This document shows, piece after piece, positions 1 to 8,189 of a stretch of 52,707 nucleotides of DNA. The stretch covers positions 1 to 52,707 of the forward strand of contig DATDQT010000132.1 in NCBI GenBank assembly GCA_035292085.1, written 5' to 3'. The stretch comes from a bacterium (lineage in GTDB: Bacteria > Sysuimicrobiota > Sysuimicrobiia > Sysuimicrobiales > Kaftiobacteriaceae). Under the pieces are notes generated by a model. It made no database searches. It was not told the origin of the DNA and saw only the letters and a list, made by a program, of their open reading frames with translations. Within the stretch, counting starts at the first letter, position 1. Every line of letters begins with the position of its first letter. The position numbers and the translations under genes were made by a program.

Positions 1-693
1 GGCCCGCCGCTTGACGGCCGACTCGAAGAGATCGCCCAGTTGGGCGGCAAGGGTGACGATCCCTGCGGCGAGACCAGCGTACACGGGCGAAATGGCGAGC
101 CACGGCGCCAGCGCTGCGCCGGCGCTGATGCCGGCGACCAGGCCGGCGGCGGCGCCTTCCCATGTCTTCCCGGGGCTCAGCGCAGGCGCCAGTTTGTGGC
201 GGCCCATCAGGGAGCCGACAAAATAGCCCGCGATGTCGTTCGTCCAGATCACGATGAAGAACCACACGATCGCGGCGAACGCGCCCTGGAATCCCCACCG
301 CATCAGCACCCCGACCGAGATCCCGAGGTAGGACCAGGCGACGAGCATCCCGGTCGGTGACCCCGACAACCATCCGGCGCGATGAGGGTCGCCGGCCAGG
401 ACCGGAGGCAGGACCCCGGCAAGGAGGACGACCGCGTTTCCCGCGGCGGCAGCCCAGACCGCCACCCGATCAGTGATGACGTATCCGACGAGGACGGCCA
501 GCGCCGGGCACCCGACGAGCAGGAGCAGTGGGTTCATCGTGGGCATCAACCGGCCGAACTCCACCGCGGCGATGCCGACGAGGATGACGACCACCGTCGC
601 CCACCACCAGCCGCCAAGCCATGCCGCGCCCACCAATAGCGGAATGCCCACGACCGCGGTCAGGACGCGGAGCAGCAGAGCGCGGCGATCCAC
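1..693 (-). CDS. cdsA: phosphatidate cytidylyltransferase (CdsA), 3' end cut by window edge
   Basis: Absent from the ORF track because it runs off the window. My reverse-strand translation from GTG at 693 gives VDRRALLLRVLTAVVGIPLL...SLMGRHKLAPALSPGKTWEGAAAG...LGDLFESAVKRRA. It is multi-TM, has the SPGKTWEG block and the start of the S-x-x-KR signature. It starts immediately after the uppS stop, as in frr-uppS-cdsA operons. Confidence 0.85.
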   Translation of the reverse strand, partial: MDRRALLLRVLTAVVGIPLLVGAAWLGGWWWATVVVILVGIAAVEFGRLMPTMNPLLLLVGCPALAVLVGYVITDRVAVWAAAAGNAVVLLAGVLPPVLAGDPHRAGWLSGSPTGMLVAWSYLGISVGVLMRWGFQGAFAAIVWFFIVIWTNDIAGYFVGSLMGRHKLAPALSPGKTWEGAAAGLVAGISAGAALAPWLAISPVYAGLAAGIVTLAAQLGDLFESAVKRRA

Positions 694-1452
694 CTACGTG
701 CCCTCCACGCCGCCGTAGCGGCGGCGGCGCTGCTGGTAGGCGGAGAACGCGGCGGTCAGATCGGACTCGGTGAAGTCCGGCCAGAAGACGTCGGTGAAGT
801 ACAGTTCGGTGTAGGCCAGTTGCCACAACAAGAAGTTGCTGATGCGCTGTTCCCCGCCGGTCCGGATGAGCAAGTCGGGATCCGGAAGACCGGCGGTGTA
901 TAGATAGCGGCTGAGCAACTGTTCGTCTGCCGGACCGGCCACGCGTCCCGCGTGCATGTCGGCGGTCAGTGCCCGGACGGCCTGCACAATTTCCGCCCTG
1001 CCGCCGTAGTTGTAGGCGATGTTCAGCACCAGGCCGGTGTTGGGCCGGGTCAGCGCCACCACCTGCTCGACCTGGTCGCGCAGGGCCGGATCCAACTCGT
1101 CGATCGCCCCGCTGACCTGGATGCGGACCCCGCGTGCCATCAACTCTTGCGCCTCGTCGCGGACCGCGCGACCCAGCAGGTCCATCAAGGCGTCGACTTC
1201 CTCGGTGGGACGGCGCCAGTTCTCGGTCGAGAAGGCGAACAGGCTCAGCACGTTGATGCCCAACGCATCGCACGCGCGCACCGTGCGGCGGGCCGCGTCA
1301 ACGCCGGCCTGGTGACCGGCGGCGCGCGAGAGGCCGCGTGCGCCGGCCCAGCGCCCGTTGCCGTCCATGATGATGGCCACGTGGGCCGGCATCCTGGTCG
1401 GGTCTAACGACCGCTCGGCCTCAGCGGTGGCGCGCGGGTAGGGATCAGTCAT
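694..1452 (-). CDS. uppS: isoprenyl transferase / undecaprenyl-diphosphate synthase
   Basis: ORF track 252 aa. It carries cis-prenyltransferase motifs HVAIIMDGNGRWA and RTGGEQRISNFLLWQ. There is an ATGA overlap with the upstream small ORF. Confidence 0.95.
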   Translation of the reverse strand: MTDPYPRATAEAERSLDPTRMPAHVAIIMDGNGRWAGARGLSRAAGHQAGVDAARRTVRACDALGINVLSLFAFSTENWRRPTEEVDALMDLLGRAVRDEAQELMARGVRIQVSGAIDELDPALRDQVEQVVALTRPNTGLVLNIAYNYGGRAEIVQAVRALTADMHAGRVAGPADEQLLSRYLYTAGLPDPDLLIRTGGEQRISNFLLWQLAYTELYFTDVFWPDFTESDLTAAFSAYQQRRRRYGGVEGT

Positions 1453-1763
1453 GGTGCCGGGGGCTGGGGAAGGTACCGTTCGCGGGTCACGACGAGGGCC
1501 ACCGGGCCCTCGCCGCGGACACGGATCACGCGGAACGCCCCGGCGAGCCCGGCAACTCTCAACCCACCGTGCTTTCGGGCCGGCGGGGGCGCCGTCGCCC
1601 CCTCGGCCTGCGGGCGGTCGCTGGGGGGCGTCGGCTCTTCGACTCGGGGGCGGTCGCGCAGGGCCTCCGGCCGCGTCTCGACGACGTCGCCGACGTCGAT
1701 CCCGGCGGCCGCCAGCCGCTCGCGCGCGTCGTCGAGGGGAAGACCGATCACGTCGGGGATCAT
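1449..1763 (-). CDS. small PASTA-like domain protein (hypothetical)
   Basis: ORF track 104 aa. The N-terminus IPDVIGLPLDDARERLAAAGIDVGDVVE resembles the first half of a PASTA fold, followed by a Pro/Ala-rich insert and then FRVIRVRGEGPVALVVTRE. Third-codon positions are strongly G/C, and it is coupled to uppS by an ATGA overlap. Confidence 0.5.
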   Translation of the reverse strand: MIPDVIGLPLDDARERLAAAGIDVGDVVETRPEALRDRPRVEEPTPPSDRPQAEGATAPPPARKHGGLRVAGLAGAFRVIRVRGEGPVALVVTRERYLPQPPAP

Positions 1764-1775
1764 CGCCGCCGCGGC

Positions 1776-2333
1776 CTACACTTCCATGATCTCGGACTCT
1801 TTCGCCGCCAGCAGTGCGTCGACGTCGGCGATCGACTTGTCGGTCAGCTTCTGCACGTCGTCCAGCGCGCGCTTGGCGTCGTCTTCCGAGACCTCACCGT
1901 CGTCCTCGAGTTCTTCGATCAACTCGTTGGCTTCCCGGCGGATGTTGCGGATCGCCACCCGCCCTTCTTCCGCATGCTTCCGGGCGACCTTCGCGAGGTC
2001 TCTGCGCCGCTCTTCAGTGAGCGGCGGGATCGGGACCCGCACGACGGCGCCGTCCGAGGACGGCACCAGCCCCAGTTCGCTCTTGAGGATCGCCCGCTCG
2101 ACGTCCTTGGCCATCTTCTTGTCCCAGGGCTGGATCACGAGCAGGCGGGGTTCGGGGACGGACACCGTGGCCAGCTGGGTGATCGGCGTGGGCACGCCGT
2201 AGTAGTCGATGCGGATCTGCTCCAGCAGCGCCGGGCTCGCCCGTCCGGTGCGGAGGCTGCCGAACTCGTGCCTGGTCGCGTCGATCGCCTTGGCCATCTT
2301 CGTCTTCGCCTCGGCCAGTACGTCGGCAATCAT
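1776..2333 (-). CDS. frr: ribosome recycling factor
   Basis: ORF 1776..2432 trimmed to ATG 2333 (MIADVLAEAKTKMAKAIDATRHEF...), giving 185 aa, the usual RRF length. It begins 19 nt after the pyrH stop. Confidence 0.95.
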   Translation of the reverse strand: MIADVLAEAKTKMAKAIDATRHEFGSLRTGRASPALLEQIRIDYYGVPTPITQLATVSVPEPRLLVIQPWDKKMAKDVERAILKSELGLVPSSDGAVVRVPIPPLTEERRRDLAKVARKHAEEGRVAIRNIRREANELIEELEDDGEVSEDDAKRALDDVQKLTDKSIADVDALLAAKESEIMEV

Positions 2334-2352
2334 GGCGCGATCGACCTCGGCC

Positions 2353-3072
2353 CTACCGGGCTGCACTGACCAGCGTGCCGACGTCTTCGCCCAGCACGGC
2401 CCGGGTGATGTTGCCGGGCTGGGCGACGTCAAAGACGATGATGTCCATGTTGTTATCCTTGCACAACGCGACCGCCGTCGCGTCCATGACCCTGAGGTCC
2501 TGGTTCAGCAGATCCATGTAGTTCAGGCGGCGGAACATGACGGCGTCGGGATGCACGTTGGGATCCTTATCGTAGACGCCGCTGACGCCCTTCTTCGCCA
2601 TCAGGAGGGCGTCTGCCTCGATCTCGATGGCCCGCAGCGCCGCGGCGGTGTCGGTGGTGAAGTACGGGCTGCCGGTGCCGCCGGCAAAGATCACGACGCG
2701 GCCTTTCTCCAGGTGGCGGATCGCCCGGCGGCGGATGTACGGCTCGGCGATCTGATGCATCTCCAGCGCGGTGCAGACGCGGGTCACCAAGCCGTCTTTC
2801 TCCATCACATCTTGCAGGGCCAGCGCGTTGATGACCGTGGCCAGCATGCCCATGTGATGCGCGGCCACTTCGTCGATGCCCAACCGCAGGCTCATGTCGG
2901 CGCCGCGGACGATGTTGCCCCCGCCCACGACGATCGCGACCTGGACGCCCCGCTCCGTGACGTCCCGGACTTCGTGGGCCACCAGCCGCAGCACATGCGG
3001 GTCGAGCCCCGAGTCGCCGTCTCCGGCCAGGGCCTCGCCGCTGAGTTTCAGCAGGATGCGGTTGTGTGCGAT
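2353..3072 (-). CDS. pyrH: UMP kinase
   Basis: The ORF track gives 2353..2994 (GTG start). However, the conserved N-terminus ...[26 protein letters not shown] is encoded in frame upstream of that GTG, with no ATG/GTG/TTG available. I extend to the in-frame ATC at 3072, 2 nt after the tsf TAA. The true start is uncertain (see finding). Confidence 0.88.
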   Translation of the reverse strand: MAHNRILLKLSGEALAGDGDSGLDPHVLRLVAHEVRDVTERGVQVAIVVGGGNIVRGADMSLRLGIDEVAAHHMGMLATVINALALQDVMEKDGLVTRVCTALEMHQIAEPYIRRRAIRHLEKGRVVIFAGGTGSPYFTTDTAAALRAIEIEADALLMAKKGVSGVYDKDPNVHPDAVMFRRLNYMDLLNQDLRVMDATAVALCKDNNMDIIVFDVAQPGNITRAVLGEDVGTLVSAAR

Positions 3073-3074
3073 CG

Positions 3075-3668
3075 TTACTCGCCCGTTTTGAAGCGCGCGA
3101 AGCGTCTCACCTTGATGTGCTCACCGACCTTCACCACCGTCTCGGTAATCAGGTCGGCCACGCGCTTGGTTTCGTCCTTGATGAAGGGCTGTTCGAGCAG
3201 GACGACCTCGGTTACCCACTTCTCCATCTTGCCGTCGACGGCCGCCGCGGGCTTGCCAGCGAGCTCCGCGGCGAACTGCGCCCGCTGGGCCGCCAGGACC
3301 TCCGCCGGGACGTCCTCGCGGCTCACGTACAGCGGGGCCGTCGCCGTGACCTGCAGCGCCAGGTCCCGTGCCAGACGCTTGAACTCGTCCGTGCGCGCGA
3401 CGAAATCCGTCTCACAGTTCACCTCGACCATCGCGCCGACTTTGCCGCCCATGTGGATGTAGGCCTCGATGAGGCCCTCGGAGGCCACCCGCCCGGACTT
3501 CTTCTGGGCGGCGGCCAGCCCCTTGGCCTTGAGGATCTCCACGGCCTTGTCGAGATCGCCGCCGGCGGCGGCGAGGGCGTTGCGGCAGTCGATGATCCCG
3601 GCGCCGGTCCTCTCGCGCAATTCTTTCACCAGTTCGGCGCGTCCCGCCGTCGTCGTCTTGCTGTTCAC
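3075..3668 (-). CDS. tsf: elongation factor Ts (short form, about 198 aa)
   Basis: ORF 3075..3767 trimmed to GTG 3668 ([32 protein letters not shown]...). AAAGGGA/GGTGA SD-like sequence lies inside the rpsB end. It starts 5 nt after the rpsB TGA. Confidence 0.92.
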   Translation of the reverse strand: MNSKTTTAGRAELVKELRERTGAGIIDCRNALAAAGGDLDKAVEILKAKGLAAAQKKSGRVASEGLIEAYIHMGGKVGAMVEVNCETDFVARTDEFKRLARDLALQVTATAPLYVSREDVPAEVLAAQRAQFAAELAGKPAAAVDGKMEKWVTEVVLLEQPFIKDETKRVADLITETVVKVGEHIKVRRFARFKTGE

Positions 3669-3672
3669 TCGG

Positions 3673-4563
3673 TCACCTATCCCTTTCGTCAGTGCGTCGT
3701 GCGTTCGTCGTCGGGGGCGCCGGCAGCGTGACGAGATCCTGTTCGACCGGCTCCGCCGAAAATTCATCGGCCAGGCCTTCGATCGCTTCCACCATGGGCT
3801 TTTCGGCGTCGTCCTCTTCCGCGGAGACCTCCGCGGCGGCTTCGGGAACGTCCTCGGTCTCGACGACCTCGCGCTTGCGGCGCTCCTCCACGCCCTCCAG
3901 CGCGGCGTTGGCGATCCGGCTGGTAATCAGCCGCACCGCCCGGATTGCGTCGTCGTTGCCCGGAATCGGATAATCGATCTCGTCCGGATCGCAGTTCGTA
4001 TCGACGATGGCCACGACCGGAATCCCGAGCTTCCGCGCCTCCGCGACGGCGATATGTTCCTTCCGCGTGTCGACCACGTAGACCGCCGCCGGCAGCGCGG
4101 TCATCGTCTTGATGCCGCCCAGGTACTTCTCCAGCCGGCCGAGCTCATCGAGCAGCCGCGCCTGCTCGCGCTTGGGCAGGACATCCATCAGGCCGCGGTC
4201 TCGCATGTCCTCGATCTCCCGCAGCCGCTCCACGCGCCGTCGGATGGTCTGGAAGTTCGTGAGCATGCCCCCCAGCCAGCGCTGGCTCACGTATGGCTGG
4301 CCCGCGCGCGCGGATTCTTCGCGGATGGCATCCTGCGCCTGTTTCTTGGTGCCCACGAACAGACACGACCCGCCGTTGCTGACGGCGTCCCGGACGTAGG
4401 CATAGGCCTCTTCGATCAGGGGGACGCTCTTCTGCAGATCGATGATATGAATGCCGTTGCGTTCGGTGTAAATGAAGCGGGTCATCTTGGGGTTCCACCG
4501 GCGGGTCTGGTGGCCGAAATGGACCCCCGCTTCCAGCAGCTGCTTCATGGTGACGACGGGCAA
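3673..4563 (-). CDS. rpsB: 30S ribosomal protein S2 (with long acidic C-terminal tail)
   Basis: TTG start at 4563, preceded by GAGGAGGA at about 7 nt. The N-terminus is [27 protein letters not shown]. At 296 aa it is about 40-50 aa longer than typical S2 because of a Glu/Asp/Ala-rich tail. Confidence 0.95.
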   Translation of the reverse strand: MPVVTMKQLLEAGVHFGHQTRRWNPKMTRFIYTERNGIHIIDLQKSVPLIEEAYAYVRDAVSNGGSCLFVGTKKQAQDAIREESARAGQPYVSQRWLGGMLTNFQTIRRRVERLREIEDMRDRGLMDVLPKREQARLLDELGRLEKYLGGIKTMTALPAAVYVVDTRKEHIAVAEARKLGIPVVAIVDTNCDPDEIDYPIPGNDDAIRAVRLITSRIANAALEGVEERRKREVVETEDVPEAAAEVSAEEDDAEKPMVEAIEGLADEFSAEPVEQDLVTLPAPPTTNARRTDERDR

Positions 4564-4729
4564 AGGCGGTTCCTCCTCATTTGGTTTGTGTCCTCCGCAC
4601 CCGTCCTCCGCGCTCCGGAGTCCTTACGGACACCACCGGATCTGTCGGGATGCGTGTGGGTTTTCGCAAGAGACGGCTGCGCCCCAGGTCTCCCCGGGGC
4701 GTCATCGATGCGACGGGTCGAAATCCCGA

Positions 4730-4887
4730 CCAATCGTAACACAATCTACTCAATCAACACAATCTACTCAATCTACACAATCTACCCAATCTACTCGATC
4801 AACTCTCTCCTCGATCAACTCGGCGCTCGTCCGGATCCAGGGGCAGATTGAGCAGATTGGGTAGATCGGGAAGATCGGGGAGATTCA
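4730..4887. repeat. inverted blocks of 9-nt tandem repeats around a 23-nt core
   Basis: The left block 4730-4819 has about 9 units (ACAATCTAC, TCAATCAAC, TCAATCTAC, CCAATCTAC, TCGATCAAC...). The core 4820-4842 is tcggcgctcgtccggatccaggg. The right block 4843-4887 has 5 units (GCAGATTGA, GCAGATTGG, GTAGATCGG, GAAGATCGG, GGAGATTCA), which are reverse complements of the left unit. It lies between the xerC stop and the rpsB upstream region. Confidence 0.8.
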
Positions 4888-5766
4888 AGCTCGCGGATGT
4901 GCTTTGTCGTACACCCGCTTCATCCACTCGCGAGAGACGTGCGTGTAGATCTGCGTCGTGTTCAGGCTGGCGTGGCCGAGGAGTTCCTGGACCGTCCGCA
5001 AATCGGCGCCCCCGTCGAGGAGGTGGGTGGCGAACGTGTGGCGGAGGACGTGCGGGCTGATGTGCCGGTTGAACGCCGCCCGGCGAATGTGCCGGTCGAT
5101 GATCAAGCGCACGCCGCGCTCGGTCAGGGGCCCGCCGCGCGCGTTGACGAAGACCCGGCCACCGTCCCGTCCTGCGGCGAGATGGGGCCGCGCCTGGTCG
5201 ACGTACCGCCGCAGCGCATCCTGTGCGTACGCATGGACCAGCACGACGCGCTCCTTGCGGCCCTTGCCCATGACGCGCAGTTCGCCCGTCCAGGCCAGAT
5301 CCGCGAGCCGCAGGGCGGTCACCTCGCCCACCCGCATGCCCGTCGCGTAGAACAGCTCCAGCAGCGCGCGGTCGCGCGAGCCCAGCGGCGTAGCCGGATC
5401 CGGCGCCCCGAGGACCGCCCGCACCTCCTGCGCGGTGAGGAACTTCGGCAGCCGGCGCGGCAGTTTCGGGGTCTTCACCAGCGTCAGCGGGTTGCGGGAG
5501 ACTGTCCCCTCGCGGTACAGAAACCGGTAGAAGCTCCGCAGCGCCGAGAGTTTTCTGGCGATTGCAGTCCGGGCGTGGCGGCGGCCCAGGACCGCCAGGT
5601 AGGACCGCACCACCGGCGGCGTCACCGACGCCCAGGCCTCGATGGACTCGTCGTGGAGGAATGACTGGAACTGCCGCAGATCGTACGCGTACGCGGCCAG
5701 CGTGTGCACGGAGGCGCCGCGTTCGCCTTGGAGCATCCTCAGAAACGCGTCGATGTCCTCGTTCAC
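4885..5766 (-). CDS. xerC: tyrosine recombinase XerC/CodV-type
   Basis: ORF 4885..5928 trimmed to GTG 5766, which overlaps the topA TGA (GTGA). The product is 293 aa: VNEDIDAFLRMLQGERGASVHTLAAYAYDL ... HVLRHTFATHLL ... LGHASLNTTQIYTHV, with the catalytic R..HxxR..Y region. The position after topA matches Bacillus codV. Confidence 0.9.
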   Translation of the reverse strand: MNEDIDAFLRMLQGERGASVHTLAAYAYDLRQFQSFLHDESIEAWASVTPPVVRSYLAVLGRRHARTAIARKLSALRSFYRFLYREGTVSRNPLTLVKTPKLPRRLPKFLTAQEVRAVLGAPDPATPLGSRDRALLELFYATGMRVGEVTALRLADLAWTGELRVMGKGRKERVVLVHAYAQDALRRYVDQARPHLAAGRDGGRVFVNARGGPLTERGVRLIIDRHIRRAAFNRHISPHVLRHTFATHLLDGGADLRTVQELLGHASLNTTQIYTHVSREWMKRVYDKAHPRA

Positions 5767-8129
5767 GGGGCCACGGGCACGCGCTCGGGAATAACCTCCG
5801 TATAGCCGCAGGCCTTGTCGGGGCACCGCAGCGTCGTCCGCCGTTTCGTCTGGTGCAGTCCGAGCAGGGTCTGACCGCACTTCGGGCAGAGGCGCTCGGT
5901 CGGCCGGTCCCAGCTCGTGTAGGTGCACTCGGGATACCGGCCGCAGCCGTAGAACGTCCGGCCGCGCCGCGACCGCCGCGCGACGATCTCACCGGTCTTG
6001 CAGCGTGGGCACGTGATGCCGATCCCGATGGGCCGGGTGTACTTGCACTCGGGGAACCCGGTACAGGCGATGAACTCGCCGAAACGGCCGTGCTTGCGGA
6101 CCAGCGGGCGGCCGCACACCGGGCACGCTTCGCCGATCTCGACCACCGGCATCTCGACTTCGACGATCTTCTCCTCCGCCGCCTCCAGGTCGCGCTCGAA
6201 CGGCCGGTAGAAGTCACCGACGACCTTCTGCCATTCCTGCTCGCCCTCTTCAATCTGGTCGAGTTCCTCTTCCAGCGAGGCGGTGAAGGCGTAGTCCATC
6301 ACGTCGCCAAAGTGCTCGACCAGCAGGTCGTTCACGAGCACGCCGAGGTCGGTCGGCTGCAGCCGCCGCTGGATCGACCGGACGTAACCGCGCCGCTTGA
6401 TCGTCTCGATCGTCGGCGCATAAGTGCTGGGGCGGCCGATCCCGCGCTCTTCCAGCGCGCGGACCAGCGCCGCCTCGGTGTACCGCGGCGGCGGCTGGGT
6501 GAAGTGCTGGTTCGGCGCGAGCCGGTCCAGTGCAACCGTCTCACCGGGCGCCAGCTCCGGCAGCCAGCCTTCCGGTTCGTCCTCGCCGTTGACCTCGCGG
6601 TACACGGCCAGGAAGCCCGCAAACTTGACCCGGGCCCCCGTGGCGCGGAACAGATACGGGCCGGCCAGGATGTCCACCGACAGGGTATCCATCACGGCCG
6701 AGGCCATCTGGCTGGCCAGGAAGCGTTCCCAGATCAACGTGTAGACCTTGAACTGGTCGCTGCGCAGAAACGGCTTCATCCGGTCGGGCGTGCGGTGCAC
6801 GGACGTGGGACGGATGGCTTCGTGCGCTTCTTGCGCCGACTTGCGGGACCGGTACACCCGCGGCGTGTCGGGCACGGAGGATGCCCCGAAGGTCGCCGCG
6901 GCGTACTGGCGCGCTTCGCGCTGGGCGGCCTCGGAGACGCGCACGGAGTCGGTGCGCATGTACGTGATGAGACCGACGGTGCCTTCGGCCCCGATGTCCA
7001 CGCCTTCGTACAAGTGCTGGGCGACATTCATCGTCCGCGCCGCGGTGTAGCCCAGGCGCCGGTTGGCCTCCTGCTGCAGCGTGCTGGTCGTAAACGGCGG
7101 AGACGGATGGCGGAACTGGTCCTTGCGGCGGACGTCCCCGACCCGGAACGTCTCGCGCTCCACCGCGCGCACGATCGCCTCGACGTCGTCGCGGGTGCGC
7201 AGGACGGTGGCGCCCTCTTCCGCGGGTGTGCCGTAGCGGTCGCCGTGCTTGCTGAACAGCCGGGCCGTGAACGCATCGGACCCATGGCGCAGATGGGCCG
7301 TCAGGCTCCAGTATTCCTGGGGCACGAACGCCCCGATGTCTTTCTCGCGATCGACCACCAGGCGGACGGCGACCGACTGGACGCGGCCCGCGGAGAGTCC
7401 ACCGCGAATCTTTCTCCACAGCAACGGGCTGAGTTTATAGCCGACGAGCCGGTCGAGGATGCGGCGGGCCTGCTGCGCGTTGACGAGGTTCATGTCGATG
7501 TCGCGCGGCGCTTCGAGCGCGGCCTTGACGGCCTCTTTGGTCACTTCGTGGAATTCGATCCGCCGGATGGCGGGATTCACCGGCCGCAGCGCGTCGGAGA
7601 GGTGCCAGGAGATGGCCTCGCCCTCCCGATCCGGGTCGGTGGCCATGAAGATCGTGCCGGCTTTCTTGGCGGCGTCTTTGAGCTCCTTGAGGATGCCGCC
7701 TTTGCCTTTGATGACGATGTACTTCGGCGTGAAGCCGTCGGTGACGTCGACGCCCAGCCGGCTGCGGGGCAGGTCCTTGACGTGCCCCATGGACGCCACC
7801 ACATCGTAGCGGCGGTCGAGGAGTTTCTTCAGCGTGCGCGCCTTCGTAGGGGACTCTACGACGACGAGCGGTTTCCCCGTGCGGACGCCGTCGGCAGCGC
7901 CCTCCTCTGCGCGCACCGATGCCCGCGCCCCGCGTTTGCGAGGGGCCGCGGCGTGACGGCTTACCCGCCCGCGGCTGCGCCGCGTCGGCGGCGCCTCGTC
8001 CTCGCGCCGGGTGTTCGTCCTGCCAGGTGCACGTTTGCGAATACCGACTCCTCCTGACGCTCTGTATCCTGCTTCCCCAACGACAACGGCCCGGTCATCG
8101 CCGGGCCCCGCATCGTGCCGCGTGCGCAT
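5763..8129 (-). CDS. topA: DNA topoisomerase I
   Basis: Contains PLVVVESPTKARTLKKLL..., the Toprim/topoisomerase IA core, and C-terminal CxxC zinc ribbons (ACPVCGRPL, CPRCKTGEI, CPKCGQ). The maximal ORF is given. The real start is probably further in, either GTG 7916 or ATT 8042 behind a perfect AGGAGGAG (see finding). Confidence 0.93.
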   Translation of the reverse strand: MRTRHDAGPGDDRAVVVGEAGYRASGGVGIRKRAPGRTNTRREDEAPPTRRSRGRVSRHAAAPRKRGARASVRAEEGAADGVRTGKPLVVVESPTKARTLKKLLDRRYDVVASMGHVKDLPRSRLGVDVTDGFTPKYIVIKGKGGILKELKDAAKKAGTIFMATDPDREGEAISWHLSDALRPVNPAIRRIEFHEVTKEAVKAALEAPRDIDMNLVNAQQARRILDRLVGYKLSPLLWRKIRGGLSAGRVQSVAVRLVVDREKDIGAFVPQEYWSLTAHLRHGSDAFTARLFSKHGDRYGTPAEEGATVLRTRDDVEAIVRAVERETFRVGDVRRKDQFRHPSPPFTTSTLQQEANRRLGYTAARTMNVAQHLYEGVDIGAEGTVGLITYMRTDSVRVSEAAQREARQYAAATFGASSVPDTPRVYRSRKSAQEAHEAIRPTSVHRTPDRMKPFLRSDQFKVYTLIWERFLASQMASAVMDTLSVDILAGPYLFRATGARVKFAGFLAVYREVNGEDEPEGWLPELAPGETVALDRLAPNQHFTQPPPRYTEAALVRALEERGIGRPSTYAPTIETIKRRGYVRSIQRRLQPTDLGVLVNDLLVEHFGDVMDYAFTASLEEELDQIEEGEQEWQKVVGDFYRPFERDLEAAEEKIVEVEMPVVEIGEACPVCGRPLVRKHGRFGEFIACTGFPECKYTRPIGIGITCPRCKTGEIVARRSRRGRTFYGCGRYPECTYTSWDRPTERLCPKCGQTLLGLHQTKRRTTLRCPDKACGYTEVIPERVPVAP

Positions 8130-8189
8130 GCACCGGCGAGTCCAAAAAACCTACACTCTACCGTACCACACGGTGTCAAGCTTCCCGGG

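Noticed and set aside
4730-4887. Possible CRISPR array (also considered for 27513, 40334, 45596 and 52489).
   Set aside because: The repeat units are only 7-9 nt long and directly abutting, with no unique spacers of 25-40 nt and no cas genes nearby. These are micro/minisatellite-type tandem repeats.
4885-5766. The tyrosine recombinase as a marker of an integrated mobile element, and tRNA-Pro at 25152 as an integration hotspot.
   Set aside because: The recombinase sits in the housekeeping topA-xerC(codV) position and has Xer-type motifs. No integrase, phage or conjugation genes occur near tRNA-Pro. Only the repeats are noted, as a finding.
4799-6253. A 484-aa minus-strand ORF spanning the repeat array, xerC and the topA 3' end.
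   Set aside because: It is out of frame with the well-supported xerC and topA frames and is an Arg/Pro/Gly-rich nonsense translation.
5562-8057. An 831-aa plus-strand ORF, the longest plus-strand ORF in the region.
   Set aside because: It lies antisense to topA, whose frame has unmistakable Toprim/topo IA motifs. Its translation is Arg/Gly/Ala/Pro low-complexity sequence, typical of shadow ORFs in high-GC DNA.
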